Shown here piece after piece: positions 12,175-24,411 of a stretch of DNA of 64,000 nt. The translations under genes and the position numbers were made by a program. The DNA lies in assembly GCF_018350175.1 (NCBI RefSeq), contig NC_058369.1, positions 4,092,001-4,156,000 of the forward strand, read 5' to 3'. The number at the start of each line of letters is the position of its first letter. The first letter of the stretch is position 1. This stretch comes from Felis catus (taxonomy: Eukaryota). The notes beneath the pieces were generated by a model, which was given only the letters and a program-made list of their open reading frames with translations, did not search any database and was not told the DNA's origin.

Positions 12175-12380
12175 GGGGCACCTGGGTGCCTCAAGTTAAA
12201 TGTCCGATTTCGGCTCAGGCAGGTCCCGATTGCACAGTGAGTTCGAGCCCCACGTCGGGCTCTGTGCCAACATATCGGAGCCTGCTTCCCATTCTGTGCC
12301 TCCCTCTCTATGCTCCTTCCCCCCACTCGTGCCCTGTCTCCCTCGGTCTCAAAAATAAATGAACATTTACAAAATAAAAA
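12175..12380 (+). mobile_element. Can-SINE just 3' of the SAFB2 poly(A) site
   Basis: Head, (CT)n, A-tail; degenerate TSD. Confidence 0.88.
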
Positions 12381-12404
12381 GAAATCCTGATTCTGATCCC
12401 AGCC

Positions 12405-12480
12405 CTGCCGCCTCCTAGAAGCTCTAGGACCTTGGGCAGGTGACCCACACCCGTTTCCTCATCTGTAAGGAGGGGAGATG
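12405..12480 (+). mobile_element. MIR core
   Basis: GACCTTGGGCAGGTGAC...GTTTCCTCATCTGTAA. Confidence 0.75.
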
Positions 12481-12611
12481 GACGTCCCACTCCCCGGGGA
12501 GGCCAGGAGAACTGGGTACGGGAGCCTCTACACACACATCGGTGCCGCTGAGGTCGGAAGTGTTCTCTGTCCCGCAATCACTGTGACACACACCGGTGCG
12601 AACCGTAAACT

Positions 12612-12682
12612 TTTATTAATGGAAAATGGAATGCCTTATTAACAGAAATCTTGTCTTAAAAATGGCAGAGATCACGTTTATT
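12612..12682 (-). terminator. SAFB2: SAFB2 polyadenylation signals (two AATAAA at 12677-12682 and 12612-12617)
   Basis: TTTATT twice on + strand; GU-rich tract (GGTGTGTGTC) downstream of the distal signal. Confidence 0.8.
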
Positions 12683-12830
12683 AAAAAAAAAAAAAGTGAA
12701 TTCACATTGTATTGAGCTACAACATGGTGGCAGGATTTGCTTTTTGTTTCTTAAAAGATTCCACAAGTTCAAGGTAACTCTGGCTGAGATTCAACAGTGC
12801 ATCTGCCTACCTGGAAACTCGGAGTGGGGT

Positions 12831-12984
12831 TTAGTAGCGGCGGGTGAAGTGGGGATACGGGTGGGGGTGGGGGTGGGGGTGCGGAACTCTGCTGCCCCGG
12901 TCCTGGCCGGCCAGTCCACCTTCCAGTCCGCCACCGGGCACCATGTGACCCTGGGAATGCCCGCCTTGTGCAAAGCCGCCTCGC
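12831..12984 (-). CDS. SAFB2: SAFB2 exon 21 coding part (to TAA)
   Basis: [23 protein letters not shown]...[11 protein letters not shown]; family-typical FTRRY C-terminus. Confidence 0.97.
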
Positions 12985-13277
12985 CTAGGAACAAAGGCAC
13001 ACGTTTGTCCCCTTGAAGTGCTTGCCGCTCTCACCGTTCTGTGGCGCAGCGCATGGCTGTGCAGCCTTTACGGCCCGTTGGCTCTTCCAGGTGAGGGAAA
13101 TCAGAATCACAGACTGAGCTCCGGGTAAGTGTCCGGTGCGACTTGCATAAGCTGCCAAGAGCTGCTTTTCGGGTTTGTTTTCAAAACATTCAACCCGGCA
13201 AACTGACCAAACGTGCAAAGGGAGAGGAAATGAGGAGTGGGAACAAATCAATTTTATCTGAGCGCAAAACTCCTTAC

Positions 13278-13344
13278 CCCGACATCCCGCCCCGATTTGC
13301 CATGTGTCCTGGCCCCGAGGGCCCAGAGAGGCCCCTCTCACCAC
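13278..13344 (-). CDS. SAFB2: SAFB2 exon 20
   Basis: (G)GERGLSGPSGPGHMANRGGMS(G); 67 nt. Confidence 0.95.
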
Positions 13345-13480
13345 CTGGAAGAAAAGAAAGACTTTGCACACACTCCCTTCTTAGAAGCGCCTGGAAGCCT
13401 CTGCAACCGCTGGAGGGACCAGTCCCCAGGGAGCGTCCTGGGAACCCTCCTTCTACTCCTGGGCACAGGTCAGCCTGTAC

Positions 13481-13572
13481 CTTGCCACCGCGCGTGCTCC
13501 CGGCCCGCCGTGCCTGCGTCCACCGAACCCGGCCACACGCGCTCCTGATGCTCCGCCCAGTCACGTCCAGCC
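13481..13572 (-). CDS. SAFB2: SAFB2 exon 19
   Basis: AGRDWAEHQERVWPGSVDAGTAGREHARWQ(G); 92 nt; CAG acceptor, AAG|GTACAG donor; phases fit exons 18 and 20. Confidence 0.9.
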
Positions 13573-13779
13573 CTGTGTCAAAACAAAAAGCCGACCGGAG
13601 AGTGTCCCACGTGCCTGCAAGGGGAGGCCGTAGCATGGCCGATCCTGCCCGATGTCACGCGTTTCTGAGAGACAACGGCGAAGCGGGAGGACGGACACGC
13701 CCCCACGGAGACCCACGTGGCCAGTAAGCACCCGGAGCAGCTCGGCGCAGCCACGTGCATGGACGTGAGACCTCCACGC

Positions 13780-14430
13780 GACCCGCTGGGTTGGCCGGTG
13801 GCAAAGGGACAGACGCTGGGCGCTTCGGAGGACGTGGAGACAGCGATCCTCACACGTGGCTGGTGAGAACGGACAACAGTGCGGCAGGCTGACCCCGGGA
13901 CCCAGCGAGTCCACCCCTGGTCATCTACCCCAGGGGAATGGGAAACACATTCATGGAAAGACCCGCGCACAAATATGCTTAGCAGCAGGATCCTCTGACA
14001 GCCCCAAGGTGAAACCACCCCAATGGCCAGCAGCTCATGAGCGGGAGACGCAAAACGTGGTCTCTCCACATGTGGCCTGTTACTGAACCCCAAGAAGGAA
14101 TACGGCTCTGACCCAGGTGACCGTGTGACCGGACCTTGAAAACACTGTGCTGAAAGAAGTGGGACACAAAAGGCCGTGACACGTGATTTCACTTGTGTGA
14201 AACGCCCACAACAGGCCAACCCAGAGACAGATGGTGGATCGGGGTGCAGGGGCTGCGGGGTGGGGGGGGACCGGGGAGTGACTGCTAATGGAGCTTCCCT
14301 TGGGGGTGGACTGTGGTGATGAGCGTACAACTCTTGAATACATTAAAAAACATCAAATCGCACACTTCAAATGGATGAACCATATGGCACGTGAATAAAG
14401 CTCAAAAGAGCTGTTTAAGAAAAAAAAAAG
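13780..14430 (+). mobile_element. L1MB-like 3' end, SAFB2 intron 18 (antisense to gene)
   Basis: Resembles L1M 3'UTR (GACCTTGAAAACACTGTGCTG...AATAAAGCT...A-tail). Confidence 0.8.
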
Positions 14431-15026
14431 TTTCAGACAGAAAGTCCAAGTGATTCAAACCAAAACAGAAGTCCAACGTGCGGCCACCAGCGGCCACCAG
14501 GCGTGTCCAGGAAAGCTTCCCAGACTCAGGCTGAGTCTGGAACGGTCAGAGTACCAGCTGCCAGGCCGGCCAGTGCGCAGAGCCGTGGGCGAGGAGCCCA
14601 CCAGAGCCCCCAACATCTGTCCTCGAGGGTGAAGGCGAGACTGCCTCATGCTGGGTGATAGCCACCCAGCCCTACAGTGACGGTGCTCAGTGTCCCCTCT
14701 TGTCTGCAGAGGAGCTCCCCGGTTACATCTCCCACGGACATTTAAGGCAAAACGGACAAAATGGCATTCAAGGACCGAGAGCTCAACGGGTCACCTGGGG
14801 AAGAAGACTTTTCATCGCTCCTCTACCGGAGTGGTGCGCCCTTCGCTCAACCCCTGAAAACCCACCTCGAGATGAGGCAGAACCTTCTGACATGCAAAGA
14901 CCTGCCTTAAAAACACCTACAGGCCCCTGGGGCACAGGGGCGGGGATGTCCTGGGGCAAGTCTACGAAAGGATCCAGGGCGGTGTCCCTCAGCAGGCAGG
15001 GACCCCCAGAGCTGCCCGCTGCTTAC

Positions 15027-15157
15027 CTGGGTGGGGGCGGCGGCCCCCGGCCCTCACTCATCCTCTTGTCGGAGCCGTAGCCCCCCCAGCCGTCTCGGGA
15101 GTCTCGGCTATGGCGCTCTGGTGGTCCTCCGTGGCCGTGGCGTTCATCTGAGTAGTG
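15027..15157 (-). CDS. SAFB2: SAFB2 exon 18
   Basis: HYSDERHGHGGPPERHSRDSRDGWGGYGSDKRMSEGRGPPPPP(R); 131 nt. Confidence 0.96.
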
Positions 15158-16140
15158 CTGGAAGGCACAAGAGGGACAGGGCACCCTGACCATGCCATTC
15201 TTGGACGGGCCTGTGAACCTGCAGATCCTGCTGCAGCCGGCCGGGGTGTGGCCCCAAGGGGACCTGTCCGGGCCCCTTCCAAACCTCACACCTCACCACA
15301 GAAGCTCCTGGTGGGCCCTCTGCTTCCTGATCCCCTCCTTGCTCGACAACTCTTGGGCACCCCTAGAGCTCCATCTCTGGCACCACATAAAGTGCCAGCG
15401 GAGGCCTCTCTGGCCCTGTGAGCTCGGAGAGCCCTGCACTTGACGGCACTTGATGGCTCTGCTGAAGGGTCCTCTGAGAGGGTCACTTAGTCCTCCCCAG
15501 AAGAATCAGGACACTTCCTTCTTGCTGATGCCAGGAGGGCCCCTCCCACACCCCGGGACAGGCAGTGTCCTCAAACCCCTGTGTGCACCATTCTATGGAG
15601 GCAGCAGAGGCCTGTCTATGTGACACTGGAGGCAGGTGCTGAGGACGGGAGCCACTCCGTGCCCCCGGCCAACCGCCAACCAATCCTGTGCTCAAAAACC
15701 CAGCACGTCTTTGTAGCGAGACATAATCGCATGATGTTCCCTCAAAAAACACCCCAGTATTTTAAAAAGGCATGATTCTGATGCCCATCCCCTACCTCTC
15801 TCTTGGAGAGCTCCCCTTTTCTCTGAGCATCCCTCACAGGGCACCTGCAGATTACCAGAGACACAGGAACCCTCCCCTGCCCCAACACAGGCAAAACGCC
15901 TCCCCCATTTGGGATATTGTGGGGCAGCTCACAATACTGAGACTCAAAGACACTCTAAGCAAGTGGACAACCCAGAGGTGCTTGCGATCTATAGAGCCAA
16001 CTGAACAAAAACAAACCCTATGTACTGGAAACACACGTAGAACTCCGTAATCAGAAAACAATTACGCACACTTCACTCACCCTCGCCCACTCCAACACAA
16101 AAGCAGGGTGCCCCCAGGCTTAGGGTCGGGTTTTACTTAC

Positions 16141-16183
16141 TTGCCCATCTCGCTCTCCCATCACTGACCTTGAACCTTCCCTC
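16141..16183 (-). CDS. SAFB2: SAFB2 exon 17
   Basis: REGSRSVMGERDGQ; 43 nt; TTTCCCTTTTGCAG acceptor, CAA|GTAAGT donor. Confidence 0.93.
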
Positions 16184-17377
16184 CTGCAAAAGGGAAACAT
16201 CTCATTCCAGCAGCTGCTGATGGCACTAGACAACATTTCGGCAGGCCACACACAAGAGTTTCCCACAATTGGGGTACTTATTCTATTTCACCAAGTAAGA
16301 ACTGTAATATGCTGGCCTGTGAAAAAAAGCTGGCTTGCATCTAAAGCCTTCTTCCAGGGAGTAGGAGTGAAGCTGGATCCTAAGAAGGTGGGAATAAAAA
16401 TTTTACTGAACTAAAGTCCCTTGGAGGGATCTCAGAAACAGAGGCCCACACCACGAAGCCAAAGACTAATATATCTGGACTGGTGACAAAATCTAGGGTC
16501 TAACAAGAAGCCTTTAGAGGATCCCTAACCTCTGGTTTGACCCAGTCAGTACACATGATTCACAGGATTCTCAAACCAACTCCAGGCATGATTCATTAAA
16601 TGACTGGCTTCTCAGCCCATCTCCCCCCTGCTCTCCCTTCCCTTACGGAAGAGCTAATGAACGGACAAATGGTTCAGGGATATGCGGCCCAGGGGACCAT
16701 GATGAGAACCCCAGAGAGAGAATTCTTAAACTAGAAAATCGAGGGCTGCCTTTCTAACAAACTATATATGTATTTCTCATTTAAGAAGACACTGACAAAG
16801 GAACCAGCTAAAAAAAAAAAAAAAGAAAAAATCTTCTCAGACACAGCCAGCCTAGTAAACTCTCTCCCATGCTGTCCGGTCAGTTCTTACACAGTATGCC
16901 AACCCAGGAGCCCATGTCAGTCAGGGAACCCCATGGATGTGGACGCCAGCCTGCCCTGCCTGCACAGACTCAGGTGCCTTTCTGAAAACTTCTGTAAACG
17001 GCATCCTCACCATAAAAACAAGGAGGGACAAGGCGGAGGAGCAGAGGCTGGGCGAGAGCCCCGGGGAGCTGTGAGGCCCAGAAAGTGGGCCGTGGGGCGC
17101 TGAGACATAGGAATTGCCCCAAGCCCCCAATCCGTGAAGGGGGCAACGAGTGAAAGGAGTGGAGGGCCTTCCTACCATACAAGCTGAGGACACCCTAAGT
17201 GAGCCCCGAGTCCAACATCCTGCTCAAGGCCTGTGCTTCTAAATCCCACGTGCAGCCGGTCAGCCAGCCAGCAGGAGCCTCACAAATAAATGAGACATCA
17301 GAGAATGAACAGAGACCCATCCCTGCATCGGGCTCAGTTGGCTGTGTCCGTGGCTTCGGGAGACGGTGGGTGCTGAC

Positions 17378-17518
17378 CTGTCAGCCACGTGGTCCTGGTA
17401 CTGGGCCCGGTCTCGATGGTCAAAGTCGTGGAAGCGGTGATCGGGCCGAGGGAAGTCTGGGCGGTACCTGTCCTCCATGGCCACACGCTTTCCTTCCGGC
17501 CAATAAGCATCATCTCGC
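17378..17518 (-). CDS. SAFB2: SAFB2 exon 16
   Basis: [46 protein letters not shown](R); 141 nt. Confidence 0.96.
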
Positions 17519-18396
17519 CTATTTTTTGTTTTTAAAAGGATATGAATTGCATTTATGAGCGAGAACGAGGGAAGTAGGGAAGGGGGTGGAGGTGGGGAGA
17601 GGAGCTCTCTCCAGACCCGGTATCATTTAAAATGTCCTGCAGGGCTAATCTCTAAACATTCAATCATTATCGCTTTGATTTGATAAATTAAAATCCCCCA
17701 AACTGCCAAGAGGCACGCCAGCATTCTCATCTGACAGTCCTGAAAGGAGGGCTGCTGGGAGCTAATTGTATCACAAGGCTGTTAATACCTTGATCCCCGC
17801 GTGAGCTCAGATGCAAGTGAAATGAAATATTTGATTCTTCTGGAATGGCATTCTGAGTTGCCACATTTTCACCTTCCTGTCTTCTATGGTAACCTGAACC
17901 TCCCTCTGAGTTTTTTTTGCAAAAGCAAAGGGAATTAGATCGGGTGATAGTGAACTGCATACGGCTCAGGATGGCATCCAATTATCTTCCTCCTGATTTT
18001 TTACCAGAAAACTAGGCTCACGGGTGGTGGGGTGATGGGTGACCGTCAATTAAGAAGCTCAGAGGAGCTGGAGACCAATAAACCTACTTTGTGAACGGGA
18101 AGGCAATTTCTTCTTCCGAGTGCAGCCCAGTGCCTCTCCCCATCCCTGGCCGACCGGCGGCCGCGGCGAGCGCGGGCCTACCCACCGCCCCACCGGGAAC
18201 CACAGTGTGGATGCAACGGGAGGCCCTGCTAAGCCACAGCACGGCGACCCCTTCAGCAAGCGGCCACCGTCAAGACTTTGCGAGCAACTCAGGCAAACAC
18301 CGCAGAGCCCCGCGACGGCGTCCAGAGGCACCGGATGCGGTGGGAGAGGGGCCCCGACTTTCCAGGGCAGGGGGGCAGCCGAGGCCGGGTCCTCAC

Positions 18397-18687
18397 CGGC
18401 CGTCGTCGTAGGGCCTCCGCAGCACCGGCCGCCGCTCCTGCTCGTAGCGCAGCTGCTCCTGCTGGCGCCGCAGCTCCTCGCGCTCCCGGTGGATGCGCTC
18501 CTGCTCCTTGCGGCGCTCGCGCTCCACGCGCATGCGCTCGCGCTCCAGCCGCTCCCGCTCCATGCGCTCGCGCTCCAGGCGCTGCCGCTGGCACTGGAGC
18601 TGCAGGCGCTCCCGCTGCAGGCGCGCCTTCTCCTTCCGCTCGTGGAAGGCCTCCAGGCGCTGCTCCCGCTCCCGCTGCTCCCGCTCT
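18397..18687 (-). CDS. SAFB2: SAFB2 exon 15 (Glu/Arg-rich coiled coil)
   Basis: [20 protein letters not shown]...[16 protein letters not shown](R); 291 nt. Confidence 0.98.
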
Positions 18688-18892
18688 CTGCGGGGACACA
18701 CACGCAAGGCCGCCCTGACGTCCCCGCGCACACCCCCGTGACCGCGCGCCGGGCTGGGCCACGAACCCCAACCTCCGGACTCTCCCTTCTCACAAAAGCA
18801 AAGCCAAGGGTGCGCAGGCAGGGAGGGGGCGAAGAGACCCAGTTCGGCGTCCAGGCCAGGAGGACTAAGCCACACATTAAAGGGAGAAGAGT

Positions 18893-19114
18893 GGGGCGCC
18901 CGGGGGGGCTCAGTGGGTTAAGTGTCCGACTTCGGCTCAGGTCATGATCTCACAGTTCGTGGGTTCGAGCCCTGTGTCGGGCTCTGTGCTGACAGCTCAG
19001 AGCCGGGAGCCTGTTTCACATTCTGTGTCTCTGTCTATGCCCCTCCCCCACTCATGCTCTGTCTCCCTCTGTCTCAAAAATAAACAAACATTAAAAAAAA
19101 AATTTTTTTTTAAA
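18893..19114 (+). mobile_element. Can-SINE, SAFB2 intron 14
   Basis: 15-bp TSD TAAAGGGAGAAGAGT. Confidence 0.95.
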
Positions 19115-20185
19115 TAAAGGGAGAAGAGTAAGAAACGCGGAGGAGAACTGCTACTACGAAAGCCGCCGTGCACACAGAAAACCCTGGAGGAACAAGTAAC
19201 TGAGCGATGCCCCGAAACAGCCTCTGAGCAGACCTGGGGGACTGTGGGGCCAGGAGAAGGCTAGGCATGAGCAAAGGGGGCCGATGCTATGCGGCCCGGC
19301 ACCAGGTCTCCTCACCGGCCCCTGCATCCTGGGAGCTGGGGGGGGGGGGGGGGGGAGCAGGAACAGGGGGAGACAGGGACAGGGTACACCCCCTCTGCAT
19401 CCCAGAAAGGAGTCGCTGTCACTCCTCGTGCCCGCCCTCAGCGACTGGAAAGGCTCCAAAGCCGTTGGGAGCCAGTCGGAAACAAAAGACATCTGAATGG
19501 TGCTTCTACTTTCTAAAGCTACATATGCAGAGAGACCAGAACCACACTACTCGGGAAAGCAAATATAGCACAACCGGAGCAGTTTCTACACGACCCGCTT
19601 TCACTCAGACAAGTCCTCCTAATACCATGGTGTGAGGCGTGAGGCTTTCGTTCTGCCGAGCAGCACGTGAAGGAAAATGACAAGGGAGCTATGGACGGAA
19701 AACGGCAGAAGGCGAAACTGGGAACGGCAGGCCGACTTCCATAAACTGTCTCAACAAAAAAAGGTGTGCGTGGCAAAGAACATCTCGTGGGACCGAGGCC
19801 GCCTGAGAACGCTACTCCTCTGAGTAACACCTCTAACAAAAGCACCACATCCCTTGGCTGCACTTTGGATCTTATCTACGTGCCGTTTGGCAGTGAAGAC
19901 TGAGACCTCAACACTGGAGACCCTCCCACCAAAGGCACGCGTGGATGAGCTCACTCCACGTGCCGGGGCCCACCAGGGGCCAGGAGAGGTGCTGCTAGAC
20001 AGACTCCAGCTCTGACGATCGCCGTGCCGAGGCTGACCGCCGGCCCTCGCCACCCTGGCCCTTCTGTCTCCGGGGACACACGAGGCAGTCATCAAGCCTG
20101 GGCGGGCAGGAGACCCGCTCAGGGAGAAAGGCCGAGCACCCCCAGGGGAGCCCACCAACCGGCCAGCCTGCCAGGACCCACTCAC

Positions 20186-20322
20186 CGCCGCCTCTCCGTC
20201 TCTCGGATCTCCCGTTCCCGCTGCCTCTGGCGTTCACGCTCCCTTTGCTCTTTGATTTTATCAAATGACAAGATGTCTCTCTTCTCCTTGCTTTCCGATT
20301 TGCGATCCTGACTCTTGGAGCT
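20186..20322 (-). CDS. SAFB2: SAFB2 exon 14
   Basis: [45 protein letters not shown]; 137 nt. Confidence 0.97.
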
Positions 20323-21479
20323 CTGTTTACCAAAATTGGCCGGTTAACACCAGAAAAATGCCAACAGACGCACAGTGAAAGTTACATTTGCGTATCTAGG
20401 GTAGACAAAAATTCTTCTGTCCCACGTGGTTTCCGGGAAGGCCCTGCCAACAAAGGGCGTCATGGAAGGGGAAGGGGGGATGACACCCCACAAAACCTAC
20501 AGGCAGGTTTCTTTAGTGCGGCAGAGCCCAGGACTATGTGTAGTCTAGAACAAGGCCTCACAGAGCCACGGGGCGCGTGCATGCTGGATGCACAGCTGCA
20601 TGACGGACCACACTTCTCAGCCGCTGACTCGGGCCTCAGGCAGGCAGCCTTCGAACAGAACAGGTCAAAGATGCTTAACGTAAAAGAGCGCTCCTCGTCA
20701 GCTCCAGATCATTAACGGGCAACTTCCGTGCCACTCTCATTTCCAGGACAGGGCACGAAACCTTAACTACTGACTCCTATTCCTGCCTGAGGCCTTCAGG
20801 GGCCACGACACCCAAGCTGCCCACGGTCACTCTCCCAGGAAGCTTTTATAGCTCAGAACGCAGGGTAACCTGCTGACCCACAGCCTCAGAGTCTCTAGAG
20901 AACGGGCCTGGGAGACATTTAAAAAAAATTTCCTTAGCTTACTTTCTTAGTTACCTCGTGGGTGGTGGGAGAAAGACAGGCAGAAGTTTTGAACAGAAAT
21001 TTTACCAAAAAAAACAAAAAAAAGAGAGGACCATCTCATCACAGAAAGATCCATAACCCAAAACACCACGATGACCCCCCTTTGTCGAGGAGACGGGCAA
21101 AGTGACTGGAGTCTGATCACACACACTGTAGGTAGAAGGCAGGGGGACAGACACCCTAAGTGTCCAGGTGAGGGTGCAACCTCGTGCCGAGGCCAGCGCA
21201 GCACCGGGGTCTCGGGGTCAGAGCCCTGGGCTCACCACCTCCCACTTACTAGCGGCCAGGGCACCGGACGCAGCCACGGACTGTAGTATCCTGCTGCCTT
21301 CCGGAAGGGCACTCTGCTAACACCCATCCCAAAGAATGACATCCGTGTCCCTCTGCACCTAGAAACCCACAGTATGCCAAGGGGTGTGCACACAAATGTC
21401 CCACCACAGCAGTTCTCAGCAGGGGACGAGAGACAACCAAGTATCCGTAACCAAGAGCCTGGTTAAAACGATCACGGCT

Positions 21480-21900
21480 TCCTAAAGAGAAAGGACAACA
21501 CCTGTGCACCCCGGATGGCTCTCAAGGTCACCATGCTGTGGTCACGTGCTGCACGACTCCATCTGTACATGTTCTCAGAACAACAACATTCCAGAGATGG
21601 GAGACAACCGGTGTTCCCAGGGCTGGAGGTGGGCTGGTGGTGTGGGTGTGACAGGCAGGGGATCCCTGTGGTGACAGGCTAGTCCTGTATCTTGATGGTG
21701 GTGCTCACAGCGGTCCACACCAGTAACAGAAAAGTCCTAGCACTACGTAGGCACATACACGCCGGATACCAATGTCACCGTCCTGGCTTCGCTACTGTGC
21801 TACAGTGACACAAAAGAAGTCACTAGGGAAAGCTGGGGGAAGGGCACCCAGGACCTCTGTACTATTTCTGCAACTTCCTGTGAAACTACCATTATTTCGA
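21480..21900 (+). mobile_element. L1MC/ME-like 3' fragment, intron 13
   Basis: GACTCCATCTGTACATGTTCTCAGAAC...CTCTGTACTATTTCTGCAACTTCCTGTGAA. Confidence 0.65.
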
Positions 21901-21912
21901 AATCCAGCATAC

Positions 21913-22060
21913 ACGCTGGGTGCTCAGCTGGGTGAGCCTCCGACTCTTCGTTTTGCCTCGGGTTATGAGATTGAGCCCCCAGTCGGGCTCTGTGCCGAGC
22001 GTGGAGCCTGCTTGCGATTCTCTCTCTGCCCCTTCCCCACTCGCACTCTCTCTCTCAAAG
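21913..22060 (+). mobile_element. Can-SINE (old), intron 13
   Basis: Diverged head and (CT)n. Confidence 0.8.
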
Positions 22061-22993
22061 AGAAAAGAAAGGAAGTGCGAGGAGTCCATGTGAAAGCGAA
22101 GAGGCTTCTGTCCTACTTCTGTTGTCATCCTCCTATACGATCTGAAGATCTGAATGTTCTCATCGTGCGCATGTTACTATTTATTTTTTTAACGTCAGAG
22201 TTACTTAGGTGGTGAGATTATGGTTTATCTAGGCCTCCTTGAGAGATTTTTCTATTTTAGTGTCTTTACGGTTTTCACGTACCCCAAAAGGAAAATGACG
22301 TCAGGAAGGGATGGATTAAAAATCAAACGTTCATTTCAAAAATAAGTCTCAGCACCACAAACGGTTCTTGGATGAATACTGCTAGCTCAGCATTCACTGG
22401 AAGGGGCCGGCTCTCATGAATGGTTGAGCTAGAACCTTCAGGCGGTGAGCAGAGGGGTTTGTTTTTCGGAGTGGAAAAAACAAAACGAGGAACCACCAGC
22501 TGGTCCAGCTACGTGTACCACTTAAGAAATGGGAGGTCCGCTCTCTGACGTGAGTCGATTTTCCAGCGGACTCCATTTTCCTTTCTTGTTAACGTCACAG
22601 AAGATGAAGCATCGCCCAAAGCGATGAATCAGCTACCACTAGGTTAACCAAAGAGCAGAACCTGCCTTCTGCCTTGAACAGCCTGGGTCCTGCCCATTCT
22701 ACCCAATGGTCGGCTTTCTGCGAATCGATTCTTCCAGAAGATGGCGTAACCTGACAGAGAATCGGGGTCAACACATCGTGTGAAGTGAAAACATTCGGTG
22801 CTGCTTTGAAATAAGTTGTAGAATCTTTGAGTCTGTACGTGCCATCCAACGGCTAATAATATGCCTTCTGAATACATCAAAGAACTCTTAAAATTTGAAA
22901 GGCGAAACAAAGCTGTGTTCGTAGTGCAGATCAAAGTGGTCGTTAAACCACCCTCAGATCAGTTGGACCTGAGATGGCAGAAGCAATACTTAC

Positions 22994-23085
22994 TCTCTCT
23001 TTCGACCTGCTTGTGGTTTTCACGCTAATGACAGGCTCTCCTTTCGATTTGTCCATCACGACTGTCCGTTCCATTCCTCTGCTTC
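22994..23085 (-). CDS. SAFB2: SAFB2 exon 13
   Basis: (G)[30 protein letters not shown]; 92 nt; AGA|GTAAGT donor. Confidence 0.97.
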
Positions 23086-24280
23086 CTTCAGGGAAAGAAA
23101 CAAAAAACCAGCCATCCATGAAAACCTGCTGAGGCCCCCCCTTCCAAAGAGCAGGCAGCACATGGGCTGACCGGGGGCCTGCCAGGCTCCCTCGAGTGAC
23201 TAACGCTAACCTCTGGAGCCTCTGCGTCTCCTCCTCCTTCCCGTTCTGACACGAAGCACCCACTACCGACACGAGGCACTCCAGGTCTCTGCTCACCTGG
23301 AATGAAGCGGCCGGGATTTCCTCACACCTTGCAACATAAATCTAAGCCAAGGTGCGTTCTGCCACGCACACACATCCAACCCACAAGCTTCCTTTACCCT
23401 CGCGCTAAATCCTAGCAGCTCCAGGAGAACCAATTTTGGTTTTTTTTTTCTCCTCCACATCCTGGAACGCTCTGCAGAATTCAGGCCCTCATCGCAATCG
23501 GACGGTTGGGCTTCCCTTCGTTCATCCACAGCAATAAAGGCCTCCAAATAGAATCTTCCCCTCGATGACACAATAACCACTCTAACCACCAGGACTATTC
23601 CTGATTTGGGGAGGTTTGCCATACTTGAGGAACATTTTAAAAACACGTTCCTCGTGAGACTGCCGGTAAATTACACCAAACGCCAAAGATCTAATTTGTA
23701 ACGCTCTGTAATGCGCTGTACCCAGTTCCCATGCTCCAGATGGCTGAATTTTGTTTGTTTTATTGGGGAGGAGAGGAGGCAGGCGCAGGGAGAATTGGTT
23801 TTATTTTTTCCAGACGACATTCCGCGGAGCCTCATGCAAATCTGAAGGCGTGGAACACGATGAACTTTACAAAATGTCAAGAGGTGGCACGCCCCAAGTG
23901 CAGCTACGTCAACGGGTACAGAGGTTCTGAGTTTGCACCGTATCTCCGGTTTTGACTCTATCTGCCTTTAACACACACGCAGAAGCCTGACCACATAACT
24001 GCATCCAATCGGTTTCAAGAACCAGGAAGCGTCTCCCGCGCATACCCGTCTGCACTCCTGCCAAATGTTACGCAGAAGAGCGAGAGGCCTAGTCGCGGGG
24101 CCGCCAGTGAGCAGAAGTCACCGGGGAGAGCGTCCCCACGTGTGTGACGTCACCAGACACTCCTTCAGGCCACGTCACCCTGGGGCTGCGATGCGTTCAG
24201 AGCCGCCTGTCAACAGAACCCGCGGTCCCCCCTGCCCCGAGCTCCTCCCTTCTTGTGGGCACGTGGAAAGCTCTGCTCAC

Positions 24281-24411
24281 CTGATTTGGTGACTCTCGAC
24301 CGATTTGCAGGTCCTGGTTTCGGCTCATCCTCTTCCTTTTCTTCCTTCTTAATGTCTTCAGGCTTTTTTTCCTCCTTTTTCTCCAACTTCTCTTCCTTCT
24401 TAATCACGGTT
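24281..24411 (-). CDS. SAFB2: SAFB2 exon 12
   Basis: TVIKKEEKLEKKEEKKPEDIKKEEKEEDEPKPGPANRSRVTKS; 131 nt; CAG|GTGAGC donor. Confidence 0.96.

Noticed and set aside
18059-18947. Several 80-275 aa ORFs overlapping exon 15
   Set aside because: Alternative-frame and antisense shadows of the repetitive GC-rich Glu/Arg exon
22296-22303. TGACGTCA CRE palindrome in intron 13
   Set aside because: A single 8-mer is roughly expected by chance in 64 kb; no supporting cluster
23297-23341. Strong minus donor CAG|GTGAGC in intron 12 with a possible 45-nt stop-containing exon
   Set aside because: Acceptor has a poor pyrimidine tract; single strong donors arise by chance every few kb
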